Shown in pieces: positions 52,501-62,354 of a stretch of 64,000 nucleotides of DNA. The translations under genes and the position numbers were made by a program. Position 1 is the first letter of the stretch; every line of letters begins with the position of its first letter. Under the pieces are notes generated by a model. It was not told the origin of the DNA. It searched no databases and saw nothing but the letters and a program-made list of their open reading frames with translations. Source of the DNA: Nemertoderma westbladi (lineage: Eukaryota > Animalia > Xenacoelomorpha); assembly GCA_032718475.1 (NCBI GenBank), contig JAUCBJ010009140.1, positions 52,488-116,487 on the forward strand. Reading direction: 5' to 3'.

Positions 52501-53214
52501 GAGAAACGACAGCGACACTAAACCATTCCCCTGTAAAGCAATTGATTGAACTTTTAAACTAGAGGGTACTCAAAATTATATTGCCTGAGGCATTACAAAA
52601 TAATATAATATGATGGAAAATTAGAAAATAATATATCGTCGTTGTTAATGTTTCCTGTATTTACTGTATTAATATTAAATGGATTAATCCATGACTATAC
52701 AGTAACACTAAACACTTTTATTAATATCTGGTTACAAATTTGGAATAAGGATAACCTGTTGTTTGAGTTACATATATTCCATTCTAGATTCTACATTAAC
52801 TCAGTGTTAAATAAGATCTGGAATAATAGTAACCTCAATTTTCGAGTTACCAATATTACATTTTCATTGACTCTGTGTTGAATATGAATAATGATAGATA
52901 ATGTGACTTGTTGCTACTTAGTAGCAATGTCTTCAAAAACGTCTCTTGTTTTCTACAAAATGGAATATTGGTTACTGGAAAAGCCACAATCTAAGCACCA
53001 TTCACAGTCTTCACACTCATATAACAAACATTTATAACATCATCCATTAACATAGCAATACTCAAATTAAGATGGGTAGCACAGCACAGGCTGACAGCCA
53101 GGCCAGACCTCGTATTATCTATTTCATACTAACCCTGTAACCCAGCTTACCTGTTTGCTTAGATTTTGATCCTGCCCGCGTCCGGATATTGTTCTTCGTA
53201 TTGATATCGGTCAT
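6849..53214 (-). CDS. Predicted 9-exon gene encoding a ~609-aa protein with three HTH_psq-like DNA-binding modules
   Basis: Exons 53214-53151, 52115-51957, 50209-50137, 49675-49536, 24393-24247, 18805-18656, 15118-14861, 9257-9102, 7531-6849. All have AG/GT boundaries and matching phases (1,1,2,1,1,1,1,1), and the lengths sum to 1830 nt with no internal stop. Motif RKY..QVEA...Y..G.SL..SC.KNGVPYETMR.FVK resembles the pipsqueak HTH (YS.E.L..A...V..G.MS...AA..YGVP.STL). No transcript evidence. Confidence 0.75.
7785..8060 (+). mobile_element. (TATG)n microsatellite within a probable non-autonomous Helentron/DINE-like element end
   Basis: TTATTATT, then hairpin AGAAGT..ACTTCT, then (TATC)/(TATG)n at about 7830-7908. 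This layout is typical of HINE/DINE-1-like elements; boundaries uncertain. Confidence 0.4.
8230..8515. repeat. Four-copy 69/91-bp tandem repeat (TATTATCCCGCCAGCTGAATAGC...GGCCTACACAAGTTTGTAATG)
   Basis: Core recurs at about 8238, 8329, 8398 and 8489. Confidence 0.85.
8705..9115 (-). repeat. 30-bp splice-junction array #3 (about 14 units)
   Basis: Minus-strand unit GTATAGTTTATTTCCCAACAAACCATCCAG; begins at the donor of the HTH exon 9257-9102. Confidence 0.97.
9102..9257 (-). CDS. Exon 8: HTH_psq-like module 3
   Basis: TTTCAATTTAG|GT CGT TTG...; RKYTPKQVEATFSDYLKGSSLKHSCSKNGVPYETMRKFVKKTDHP; donor CCAG|GTATAG; 156 nt, phase 1-1. Confidence 0.85.
9609..11267 (+). mobile_element. Degenerate, internally deleted RTE-like non-LTR retrotransposon (APE endonuclease fragment plus RT and C-terminal fragments)
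   Basis: IATMN..., DIICIQEHR, CYSPT (EN); VDFKKAFDSIHR, GVLQGDTLAP (RT); RGRPAITYIDQL; (TAG)n-like tail at about 11256-11267; candidate 12-bp TSD TATATAAAAGTA at 9597-9608 and 11268-11279; contains stops and frameshifts. Confidence 0.9.
11915..14576. repeat. 67-bp tandem array (about 40 units)
   Basis: Unit AAAGTTGCGGATCATATACTAGGTTTAAGGTTTTACCAGCGAGTTTCTGGGAATCCTAGTTTCTGGT; period 67 (e.g. 13981 to 14048); a few units carry a 12-bp deletion. Confidence 0.97.
14861..15118 (-). CDS. Exon 7: linker B2 with basic NLS-like stretch (RRRKRQRSRK)
   Basis: Acceptor TTCTCTTCAATCGTAG|AT, donor TCTT|GTAAGT, 258 nt, phase 1-1; paralogous to exon 24393-24247. Confidence 0.85.
15186..18668 (-). repeat. 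30-bp splice-junction array #2 (about 116 units)
   Basis: Same unit as arrays #1 and #3; one 1-bp deletion near 17702 and one 6-bp insertion near 18295; fills all but about 65 nt of the intron. Confidence 0.98.
18656..18805 (-). CDS. Exon 6: HTH_psq-like module 2
   Basis: TATATTTAG|GT CGT TGG...; RRKYTHKQVEATLNDYLNGCNLKRSCSKNGVPYETMRTFIKNTDHP; donor CCAG|GTATAG; 150 nt. Confidence 0.85.
18943..19060 (+). mobile_element. Possible end fragment of a Tc1/pogo-type MITE
   Basis: TA-CCGTATTTCTTCGAATAAGA followed by repeated CGAAT(A/T)AACG motifs; no partner end found. Confidence 0.3.
19735..19821 (+). pseudogene. tRNA-like pseudogene or SINE head followed by T6
   Basis: Acceptor stem GCTGGGG/TCCCAGC, A box TAGCTCAGTG, B box GGTTCGAATCC. 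The anticodon loop is enlarged (13 nt) and the T stem is mispaired. Confidence 0.6.
20570..20745 (+). promoter_or_regulatory. Candidate core promoter of the secreted-protein gene: GAS/STAT palindrome, C/EBP-like site, TATA box, Inr-like
   Basis: GGATTCCTGGAATCC (20570-20584, contains TTCCTGGAA), GTTACGCAAT (20601-20610), TATAAAA (20705-20711), CAGTT about 30 nt downstream. Confidence 0.5.
20805..21470 (+). CDS. Intronless secreted, acidic, cysteine-rich protein (221 aa), family not recognised
   Basis: ATG at 20805 in AAAATG context; signal-peptide-like MSPSVLLSVSIVLATLCCPTLG; 14 Cys in the mature part; GC content higher than the flanks; AATAAA at 21662. Confidence 0.8.
   Translation: MSPSVLLSVSIVLATLCCPTLGLVTCPMQTVTCPFDIDVSDVDVVDYYAKASSCINFNGGTEYTCSTENSCVFDYELDIPDGAEGETSVVAEISFRCPYEDETPRLLEMTMSEFPNLLQQLRISLIPNSEEDDVFTIVDQFKALFQMDTTCPKQTCRRDSIDHQYVCDTKNESCVSTHGCITNFVGYLTKRTDCATHDVCPLGIFSTPLIRPGLSQICGLH
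21780..21980 (+). mobile_element. Dispersed repeat carrying one diverged monomer of the 67-bp satellite plus its 3' flank
   Basis: ATCATATACTATGTATTAAAGTTTTACC...TTCTAGGAATC...TTTCTGGTAAATTTGT..AAAAT...TACGCCAT...ACGTATT...TGTTAA...AAAACTTCCAAAA is collinear with 14510-14710. Confidence 0.75.
23063..24140 (+). mobile_element. Non-autonomous repeat family (Helentron/DINE-like), with related ends near 19078, 20080, 52318 and 58255-58350
   Basis: Recurring 5' motif TG(T/C)GGGGCGAG.CACG, a GTCCGTCTGTCTGTC microsatellite, and a 3' block TTGTATCTCATAACTG..TCGTGCTGCGCGAA.GCCCCACGAACGTGT shared by 24050-24140 and 58255-58350. Confidence 0.5.
24247..24393 (-). CDS. Exon 5: linker B1
   Basis: Acceptor TTTTCTTTTCAATCACAG|AT, donor TCCT|GTAAGT, 147 nt, phase 1-1; DLKARMKLKGTDFIFNQILD...VSEIV...LFVDS parallels exon 7. 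Confidence 0.85.
25440..25690 (-). mobile_element. Probable tRNA-derived SINE
   Basis: Minus strand reads AGGTGGTTAAAGC...AAGGTCGTGAGTTCGAGCCCC (A and B boxes) followed by a unique body. Similar degraded heads occur at about 24586-24675 and 28017-28070. Confidence 0.5.
26039..27538 (+). CDS. SLC49A4: MFS transporter of the SLC49/FLVCR family, SLC49A4 (DIRC2)-like, 499 aa, intronless CDS
   Basis: N-terminal signature KVYKRRWYIL...NWNTWAPI, WFP..R.TATA, YFPEKPP.PP, PL.FEM.AE..YPV.E; about 12 hydrophobic segments; acceptor TTCACAG just upstream (5' UTR intron); AATAAA at 27597. Confidence 0.9.
   Translation: MDIQSLVESSRSDDVKTLFAKTPETKVYKRRWYILALFCSVGFVEFMNWNTWAPIEASAKLVYTWENSDIALLENWGFITLLLGTTVTTWLLDSKGMRVTMVITIALVTAGAGLRCITMEPTAATWLINIGQILNGFAGVLPNAGAPLLSVLWFPSNQRRTATAAATTSMYGGLALSFVVGPAIVKESKTHIEPPNYLHPLTLGITNQSYSSYQGNEQDTRNSKSDSTHLFGNQTDPITEQRRQIQTLVYLEFGISALLLILVLIYFPEKPPIPPTASASSIRTDFKKGSVTILRDRNFWFLALVYAVFSGLVISYLSVLSVDLETFGISQETAGWVGFYATLAGALGSILFARITDVMDIGMQTVVLLACVVGTVMFYAFTMVAKGYFPMTVASVYATIIATGLCANGIVPLLFEMAAELFYPVSEELIAGMMMVVQNGVAMLLLLVMMIPNIGVSWLDWTVLAGITMSVPVIAAVNATNKRSNFDKLKSQKSLNYIP
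28928..49222. repeat. 63-bp satellite, about 320 units as assembled, with higher-order repeat structure
   Basis: Unit TGTTCACCACCATGGGTGATCTTCCACAGTAAACCCTTCCACTCTGTTTCCTAAAGGAATGCC; variant blocks recur. Confidence 0.98.
40823..40922. other. Assembly gap (100 N)
   Basis: Run of exactly 100 N inside the satellite; true array length unknown. Confidence 0.99.
49536..49675 (-). CDS. Exon 4 (predicted)
   Basis: TTAATTTCAG|G AAA TGG... TCA G|GTGAGT; 140 nt. Only the phase-2 frame is open, matching the exon 3 donor, and it ends in phase 1, matching exon 5. Confidence 0.6.
50137..50209 (-). CDS. Exon 3 (predicted)
   Basis: TATATTTCGGCAG|CT TTG AAG GAT AGG ... AAA AG|GTGGGT; 73 nt, phase 1-2. Confidence 0.55.
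50446..51970 (-). repeat. 30-bp splice-junction array #1 (about 50 units)
   Basis: Same unit; four 6-bp insertions, all frame-preserving; a degenerate unit at about 50410-50430. Confidence 0.98.
51957..52115 (-). CDS. Exon 2: HTH_psq-like module 1
   Basis: GTGTCCGTGCAG|GA ACA...; KRNYSIEQVEATFRDYLKGSSLKHSCFKNGVPYETMRKFVKKTNHP; donor CCAG|GTATAG; 159 nt. Confidence 0.85.
53151..53214 (-). CDS. Exon 1 (predicted first coding exon, MTDINTKNNIRTRAGSKSKQT)
   Basis: ATG at 53214 with an upstream in-frame TAG; strong donor ACAG|GTAAGC in phase 1, compatible with exon 2. Confidence 0.6.
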
Positions 53215-54229
53215 TACGACACAATCCTACTGCCCTAAAGCCTTTCTGCCTTATATGAATGCGGCCCTCCAAACAAAGATTCAGCATAGCATAGTATTTA
53301 TTATAATTACAGTTGAGATATAGGTCTAGTGAGGTTAAATTCGCGTTGGTTCTGAGAGGATATTGCAGTATTCTTGCATTTGTTTTAAACTACTAACAAC
53401 TACTACTAAAAGAAAGCTATGCACTAAAAATTGTTAGAAGTTATTCCATTACAACAGGTCTAGTCTACCGACCTACCGGTATCTATGTCAGTATGTTAGC
53501 TGGTTAGTTAGTACGCCTACGACACCTACCTACATGTCTGTTGTAGGATTGTAGATACCGTAATGATAATATGTACAATCGCGAAATTGGTAGATTGTTA
53601 AACTAACACTGTGACCTGTTTGCAGCACCATACAGACATAAAATGCTGTAATACCAGAATGATGTATGCCTGGATGTGGACCTAGTACCAAGAACTGAAG
53701 AAACTTAGTACAGAAGTGCCGTCCCCGCGTCCCGATTCAGCAGGCCTGGTACTGTGTTAAGTAAGTTCCGTACCGCTGTACCGGTAGGTCTCTTTAAAGT
53801 ACAGAAGCAGGATAAAACAGCTGATAATCAGCTGACTAGGTTAGAGATGATTGGGTGAGTGGGTGTGAGTGATCACAAGTCCCTAAAGGCAGTGATTTTT
53901 TATGTCCTTTTATTTGACCTTTTTTGTCCTTTTTTTTTACGAATTGTGCATAATGACTTTTGTTGTCCTTTTAATGACTTTTGTTGTCCTTTTTATGTAT
54001 GTATTTCTTCAAACTGTCAGACTGCTGATTTCTGGACTGTCAGACAGTTGATTTCAACATGCCTATGCCAAAACATTCGAAATTTGTTGATTTCTGGTCT
54101 GTCGGACAGTTGGTTTCACTATGCCTGTGCCAAAACATTCCAAATTCCATGATTTATAAACTATGAGATAGATTTCCATATGCGCCTGTGGTAAAAGACC
54201 ACATGATGTATCAAAACACTCATTTTATA

Positions 54230-54840
54230 GCCAAAAACAATTACCAATTGATGGAAAGGAGCAGGTTAAGGCCGGATTTTCTAACCAAAACAATAAACAG
54301 TCACTTTACCAAATGAAGGAAAGGAGCAGGTTACAGAGGCGGGCCTTTCTAACCAAAACAATAAACGATCATTCAACTAATTGAGGGAAAGGAGCGGGTT
54401 ATAGAGGCGGGATTTTCTAACCAAAACAATAAACAGTCACTTTACCAAATCAGGGAAAGGAGCAGGTTACAGAGGCGGGCCTTTCTAACCAAAACAATAA
54501 AGGATCATTCAACTAATTGAGGGAAAGGAGCGGGTTACAGAGGCGGGATTTTCTAACCAAAATAATAAACAGTCACTTTACCAAATCAGGGAAAGGAGCA
54601 CGTTACAGAGACGGGATTTTCTAACCAAAACAATAAACGATAACATTACCAATTGAGAGAAAGGAGCAGGTTACAGAGGCGAGATTTTCTAACAAAAACA
54701 ATAAACAGTCACTTTACCAAATCAGGGAAAGGAGCAGGTTGCAGAGGCGGGCCTTTCTAACCAAAACAATAAACGGTCACTTTACCAAATTAGGGAAAGG
54801 AGCATGTTACAGAGGCAGGGTTTTCTAACCAAAACAATAA
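54230..54840. repeat. 68-bp tandem repeat (about 9 units, alternating A/B variants); degenerate units at 55620-55850
   Basis: CTAACCAAAACAATAAAC...GGAAAGGAGCAGGTTACAGAGGCGGG at 54281, 54349, 54417 and onward. Confidence 0.9.
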
Positions 54841-56550
54841 ATGTCATGAACATAACAATAAACTATGTAAAACCGGTACCGGTACTAAAATTCTGAAATT
54901 ACCGTAATTAATAAATTACCTTTACCATTATTATTATTATATTATGTGGGTGGAGACACCGCTGTCATAGAAGCGTATAAACAAAACTGCACATAATAAA
55001 CAGGAGAAAGTTGAACAGTGAATAAAACAAAATGACTTATACTATGGACTACTTTATCACAATTCAGCAATTAGGCCTATCATATTTACAACTGTACATA
55101 TCACAGAATCAGTGAGTCAATACCTAATGCTGTAATGTAGTATAATACAGTCAGACAGTATAATTATTTCTAAGGCATATGCTTTATAGTTTATACCAAC
55201 ATACAATGCAATACTGCAAAATAGTGCTCTATATATACTAATACCGGTACTTACAGCCTAAGAGAACAGCAGTAGAGAAACCGGTAGCAAGGAACCCAAC
55301 GGTAGATTTGTGGAGGACATAAAAAGTAAAAAAAAAGGACATAAAAAGTAAAAAAAAAGGACAAAAAAAGGATTTAAACGGACAAGAAAAATTATTGCGC
55401 AACTGTACTGTACAATAGTACATAGTGTATTGTACAGTGTACATGTACGTACAGTGTACAAGTACAACTGCGACTGTAGTTTTGCACTCTCAGACTGTGT
55501 CATATTATGAAAGCTTTGAAAGGAGCTAGGCCAGGCCAGTAGGCTTCATACGGTAAAAATAATATATTACAGAATACAGTATGTACCGCACCATCTTACT
55601 GTAGTCCGTCAATGCCAATTGATGCGAAAGCTTTTACAGAGGCTTGTTTTTTTTTATAACCAAAACAATAAAACGACCTCGATACCAATTGCTGGAAAGG
55701 AACAGGTTGCATAGCCAGTCATTTCTAACCAAAACAATAAATGATCTTGTTAAAAATACAAAGAGTAAAGCAGCAGTTTACAGAGGGGGCTTTTCTAACC
55801 AAAATAATAATATACGATATTGTTACCTATTTAAGGAAAGGAGCTGATTACTGAATGCTGTTGAAAATTTATGCTACAACTAAGACCATAACTTTACGAC
55901 TGTACATCTGACATGGACATCATAATATAATTACGTATCGCAGTACTGCCGTATAATTATTTTTAGTTTAGGTTTTTAATACTGTATAAATAAAATAAAT
56001 TGTTCTTCATTATATACTGATACCAACTACTGTTCCTGATGGCCTAGAATACAGCAGTAGACCTAGACATAGGGCGGATCCCTGGAACCAAAATATAATA
56101 ATAATATTAATAAAGTATAACATTATATTCGTAAATATACGCCTATAGTAAAAATCTCCAAACCCGTCTTTCCAATAAATAATCGAAAGCCTACACCGTA
56201 AGTCTTACAACTCTAATAATCCTTCTGATATTATTTATTACGGCAACAATAATTATAGAATAAATATCTTTAATATTACAGAATAACAAATAAATGTACA
56301 TCCAGCTGCTGCATCGAATTTGGTTCGATCTAGACTTCCCTGCTCCTTTCTTCCCCCGACTATTCCATCTTTTTTTAAATTTTCTTCCCTTTCCTCTATA
56401 ATCCTACTATCTTTTTCTAATAATCCTACTGTAGTTTTATGTTTATATACTTAATTTGGTGTGTTCTGCGAGTTCTACCGTGTGAATTTTATATCAATGG
56501 GGGGAGGTTGAGACTGAACTATTATCGAATGACCGAGAGAAAATTTTAGT

Positions 56551-56623
56551 TGCCAATATTTCAGCCACTATATTATAGATTGCAAAACAAACAATAATAT
56601 AAATACAGGCCTTCATCAGGGCA
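56551..56623 (-). ncRNA. Minimal type I hammerhead ribozyme of the Penelope-like element
   Basis: Minus strand: TGCC-CTGATGA-A-GGCC[loop]GGCT-GAAA-TATT-GGCA. Stem I (TGCC/GGCA), stem II and both core boxes are present, just 3' of the PLE ORF. Confidence 0.7.
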
Positions 56624-58109
56624 TACGGAGATTACTCACAAATACATATGTAAAAACTAGACTACTGTCAACCAGCTACCGGTACTACGAGCGAACGAAG
56701 AGCACTGAACTACAGTATAACGCAAACATACAGTATGACAAAACGGGATATAATGTAATTTTGAAGCCGAAGAAATTTAAATATTACTAAATTTGCGTCC
56801 GAAAAATTAAAATGCGTGCAAAATCAGAAAAGTGTTATATTTTACCGGCACTACCTACCAGCCAGTGTTATGTGGTTGCACGTACTGTGTATTGAGTGTG
56901 GGGTGTAATTGCTGGATGAAATGTTTCTTTGCATGTGCGAACTATACGAATTGTGAATGGCTGTGCGATACTATGTTGTCCAGGGTGTTCATCGCGAAAA
57001 TGCTCACCAATGGCTTCCTTGCGATTTCTGCAGCGAACGGAGCTGCGATGCTGCATCATTCTGTTCCTGAGGCGCCCGGACGTCTCCCCTATGTCATTCT
57101 CTACCCGCTGAAGGCACAAAGTGCAGGTTATTTCGTAGATTACGTTGCGTACAGTACAGGGTTTCACCCCGCAGGTGATGCATGTGTAACATTCTGTGTT
57201 AGTTGGTGCTGGGCAAGTGGCACCTGTGAGACTGGCTCTGACCAGCTGTTTCTTTAATTTGGGACCTGGGGTGTGTACTACTCTTATGTCTCCTCTGAGG
57301 TTAGACGTACTAACTATGCGTTGCACCTTTCTACGTAAACCCTCGTTGATGAAAGGTAATACTAGAGGTACTGGGGAACCATTTCGTGGGGTGTTCATGC
57401 GTGTGGGGTGCGGGGGTGCTCCACTGAGTTCGTTATGTATTAATTTGTGGATCATTGAAACAGGGTAGTCATTGTCCGTGAGAATTGTATTAATTTTGTC
57501 AAGGCTACGCTCACTTCCTTCCAACGTGTTGCTGTTGCGTATGGCTCGCTTGATGGCAGACCTAGCAGTATTGGTTATTATGTTACGGGGGTGGCAGCTA
57601 AAAAAGTTGAGAAATATACCTTTATTGGATGGTTTGATATACAGTTCGAAATTGATTTGTCCTGCGTTATTAATTGTTGTGGTTACGTCTAAAAAAGGGA
57701 TACTGGTGTAAGATTGTTCCATAGTGTACTTAAGGGTCGGGTGGCAGCCATTGAGGTAATCGAGAAACTTACTAAGTTCCTCTTCCCCATGTTGCCAGAC
57801 GGCCCACCCATCGTCATAGAATCGAAACCAACATGCAACCGATAAGCTATAATTATTTAAAAATTCGGATTCCTTAACATGAATATATATTACCGCGAAA
57901 TGCGCGGCTAAACGTACACCCATTCCCATCCCATCCTTCTGTTGGTAAAATTTACCATTGAACCAGAAAAAAGTGAATTCTAGGCTAATTTTGAGAAGTC
58001 CGTAAAACTCAGGCATCTCCATACCGAACATATTGATATTGTGTCTATGTTTATTAACAAAGTCCGAAACTAGGTTAATTCCCTCTTGTACGGGAATATT
58101 GGAATCGGG
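56551..58109 (-). mobile_element. 5'-truncated Penelope-like retroelement (RT plus GIY-YIG endonuclease)
   Basis: FYQQKDGMGMG, WFRFYDD, IPFLDV, YIKPSN..SCHP (PLE RT and thumb); C..C..C, NVIYEITC..C, IGETSGRLRNRMMQH (GIY-YIG). Confidence 0.92.
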
Positions 58110-58255
58110 AAACCATCCAATAAAGGTATATTTCTCAACTTTTTTAGCTGCCACCCCCGTAACATAATAACCAAGACTGCTAGGTCTACCATCAAGCAAG
58201 CCATAAGCAACAGAAACACGTTGGAAGGAAGTGAGCGTAGCCTTGACAAAATTAA
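58110..58255 (+). repeat. 146-bp inverted copy of PLE segment 57490-57635
   Basis: Plus-strand translation KPSNKGIFLNFFSCHPRNIIT...EGSERSLDKI matches the minus-strand PLE ORF with about 5 substitutions. Confidence 0.95.
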
Positions 58256-59734
58256 ATTTCTCAAATACTGATTTTGTGATACAGTCGCTCAATTTTAATT
58301 TGTATCTCATAACTGGGCATCGTGCTGCGCGAAGGCCCCACGAACGTGTTACGCCCTGGGGGCTCTCTCATTTACCTGATATCAGACATACAGGCGCACC
58401 GCACACAAAGCTTTTGTCGGTCCCAGCAAGTTAGCCTCCTGCTGTGTGATCTAGAAGATAACTCGCCATAACCTGCCAATCAGATGACTTGAACAAATGT
58501 GTTCACATGTGATCACATTGGATGAAATCTGCTTTTTCTGGTGGCCTGTACTGTATAATGGAATGGGTAATGGGGAATACAGTTATATAATTTTGAAGAT
58601 CTGTATAATTATTTATATCTTATACTAGAAAATAATTAATATACTTTAAGAGGCAGGTTAAAATTGCTAATTATACCCTAATCAACTTAATTAACTAATT
58701 AACTGCTATTATCTTAGCTTCGCGAAGGCCACACGGAAATTCGACTTGGAAAATTTCAAAACTTTGGCCAGACTACATGTGTACCTTGTTTGGTTAAATT
58801 TCATTAACATTTGACTGAGTTATTAGTAGTAATGGTTACCCCATTTCTGCGACAGTTGGACCAACTTCACACCTTTGGTGTTAAGTAGGTCATTAATTAA
58901 TAAATAAATTAATTAATTGGTGGATTAAACAATTAATTAATTACTTAATCGATTGATTTGTATCAAATAATGTTGCCAAAAGCAATTTAATTTGACGCAA
59001 GTCAATCAGATAGGGAACGCGCGATGAATAGATAGTATTACAGTAGGTACAGTAGATAAAATATACAATACAATAGGTACCATACAGTACAATATACAGT
59101 ACATTTGTATTATTTTTGTCATACAGTAGTAGGTAATGGTAGAATGAAATAAAACGACGCGGCGGGGCTCAACACATAATTTACCCTCACAGGAAAATAC
59201 GTGGGCCAGTTTGGCCCTGACTCAGTCCCCCAATAATCTGAGGCTGTTGGGCTCTTATTAGACGTAGCAATATTAATCCCACTGAATCCTACGTTGAGTT
59301 ATACTGTATGTCAACGCGTTGGTGGGTGTTGCACGAATTGTAAATTATTTAAACCTCCAGCTTCGTTATCATGTAAGAGTGGAAACCATAGGTTTACGAC
59401 TTACGCGCCAGCATTAACCCCGAATCGCACATAGGCCATTTCCGTTTCTTCAATATGTTTGGATATGATGTACTGTAGTAACTTTTATTGAGCATTTAAA
59501 TGAAATAACTAGTTTCTATAGCAACAGAAAAACTTATTATTTTGGCTTCAATTATAGGGTTGCTCGTTATTCGAAAACTTCCCTGACCTGGGGACCTGGG
59601 TAACCATATCAGACACTACAACTGCTCTACTACAACATTATTTAAATATTTGTGGATCTTGCCTTAAGCCAATTTCACTTACTAATTTAGTATCAAATGA
59701 ATATATTTCTTTCAATGATTCTACTTTTGGTCCA

Positions 59735-60515
59735 GGAGAAATACCGGCTCGGTCGTCGCCCGGGTCAACAAGGACTGCGTCCCTCAGTGGTACACCAGGC
59801 TGGGGTCGATAAATTGGCTACTGGAACAGAAGACAGAGAAGAAAGAAGAACCAACCTGTTGAAATGTAAAAAGACACTAAAGATTGCTACAATGAACGCA
59901 CGCACGCTGAAAGCACATCTCAAACAGGGTGACATGGTCGCTCTGGCAATGGAATATAACATCGACATCATCTGCATCCAAGAACATCGGATTTGTCATG
60001 AAGACACTGCCATGAAGTACAGTGACATTGGAAATGGATGGACGTTAGTAACAAGCTCAGCAGTAAGAAACTCGGCCAATGCTTCAATTGGTGAAGTAGG
60101 AATTCTGCTAAGCCCATTTGCACTTAAGACCCTAAACAACATCGAATCTATAAATTCCAGGGTTATGATCGCAACATTTGATGGGGATCCCAAGGCAACA
60201 GTTATATGTTGCTACAGTCCAACCAATGCCTCAGAGCCAGAACAAGCAGTCAAGTTTTATGAAGAACTGACTGGACTTATAAAGGACATTCCGAAACACA
60301 ATGTTAAACTCATTGCTGGTGACCTGAATGCGCAAATTGGCCCAGAAGACATCAAGGGTTATACCTATAACACCAGTTCTAACAGAAATGGGTACTTACT
60401 TTTAGACCTAATGGAAGAATGTGAATTGATACCAACAAACAACACATTCGAAAAGAGTAAGGGGAAGCTATGGACCTTTCAATACCCTAATGGAACCAAA
60501 GCACAACTGGAGCAA
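59735..60515 (+). mobile_element. RTE-like LINE endonuclease fragment, same family as 9609-11267
   Basis: Near-identical to 9633-10082 and extends further (IAGDLNAQIG, NRNG, WTFQYPNG). Confidence 0.9.
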
Positions 60516-62354
60516 TAGGCTGCCACTGGAGAGCCAAAGGCTCGACAGAGTCTTATTAGGAATAAATAATGCAGCCTTTTTAACGGAACATGAGAACCAA
60601 CATAAACACCAAAGTAAAACCTAATACGACAACCACTATCTAGCAGTGGTCAGAAGTAGGCACTCTCCTTTGATCTTTTTTAGGTCGATTTTTAAAGGAT
60701 TTTTCCAGGAGAACGGCGAAAGCTAGAACGATTCTGTTTGCGCGATCTGGTAGATGGCCCTAGCGCGATAGCTAGGAGTTTTTGTGGAAAAAATCTGTTA
60801 ATTAATTAATTAGTAATTAGCGATTAAAGATTTCTAATTGATTTTTCTCGAAAAGTATTTGGTTTTTCCCCTAGCAACGGTGTTTTTTTTTGTTCATCTC
60901 GGTAAGATCTAAAAAAAGTTCAGTCATCGCTATGGCCCTCCTATTACTGTTAATTAGTACTAATTAGCCGAAAACTAATTAGCGTCGTAACTCGAAAACA
61001 CTAAGAGCTATGAAAAAACGTAACATCACAAAGTTGTTCGGAATTTTATTCTACACAAAAAAGTCTCTGGCGCCGATGCCGTATCTCCTACCGTTAATTA
61101 GTAATTAACTAATTACTTAATTACCTAATTGGCGGGGGGGCTTTGCCCCCCCGTCCCCCAAATCCTTATTCACAAGGTGTATCAAAGCGGTTTACTATTT
61201 TACAAATGATAATTATTCTAAAATCTTTTGAATCGAACTAATTAACGATTTTACTAATTAGTAAAGTTTCCCAAATTAATTAATAATTTATCCAATCCGG
61301 CTGCAATTAATTAAACAGCTGAGTCGTCAGCCTGGTTTGATGAACTTGATGAAATCATAAAGTCAGTAGTTGCTGTATGCCATCTGACTGACTAAAACTA
61401 TATACCAAACACCTCTTGCCGGTAGCTATCTCCACAGTCTGTAGTGAGCACCGGTGCAGGTATGGTAGGCCTACATGTATGAGTCATATATAGTGGAGGT
61501 TCTTTTGGCAGATAGGCCTAGTCAAAACGTTACATCAGATGCCGTATTTTAGTCAAAACGTACCCTATCTTCATAGTGAGTTGAGTATTGTCAATACAGG
61601 AATATCCAAGTACCGGGTACTCCTGTACTTAGTATACCCATCTGCCCATGTACAGTAACTGGCTGACAGTTACCCTTAGTTTGTAGGCTATAGATGATTG
61701 ACGTTTCTAGCAATGTTCTTAACGTTGGGATTTTACTGGAAGTTATTAATACCATAGTTTACCCCAAAAAAACTAAAATTACCCAAATCGCACCAAATCA
61801 AAATAAATCTTATAACAGCAACACGGGCTATCTGACGATATGGATTAGATCAATGTAGCGGATAGTGACCATTGAAGGGCTTCTTATGCATGCAAAGGAA
61901 AATATGATCAGACCCAAATCACACAGTCAGACCTGATCTTTTGCTGATCAAATACCGGTAGGTGACTTTGCTGATATGCAGTAACATTTTACGGTACAAT
62001 TTGATGCGAAAATGTTTTGGCCAGTACTCTGAACCTTCCATTGGGGTCTCAGGTCACGCGCCTACCGTGGTCACTGTATCTGGCACCTGATTGGCTCAAA
62101 TATTCAAACGCTGAAAACTTACCTAGGCCTTGACAATTAGTGATAAGATTTTATGCGAATATGTTTTGGATGGTGTTCTGAATCTCGCGTTGAGGTCCCA
62201 AGTCACCCCACATACCGTGGTCATCAGATACGGCGCCTGATTGGCTAATTCTTTGAACGACGATAACTCGAGTTTGCTTCACTTTGGGATGAAGTTTGAA
62301 GGCTAGGAATATTCTCTGGATGATGCCCCAACTCACTGATGATGTTTCATAGCT

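Noticed and set aside
58110-58310. N-terminus of the 480-aa PLE ORF as genuine protein
   Set aside because: It is composed of an inverted PLE copy plus an unrelated dispersed repeat, so the open frame is fortuitous.
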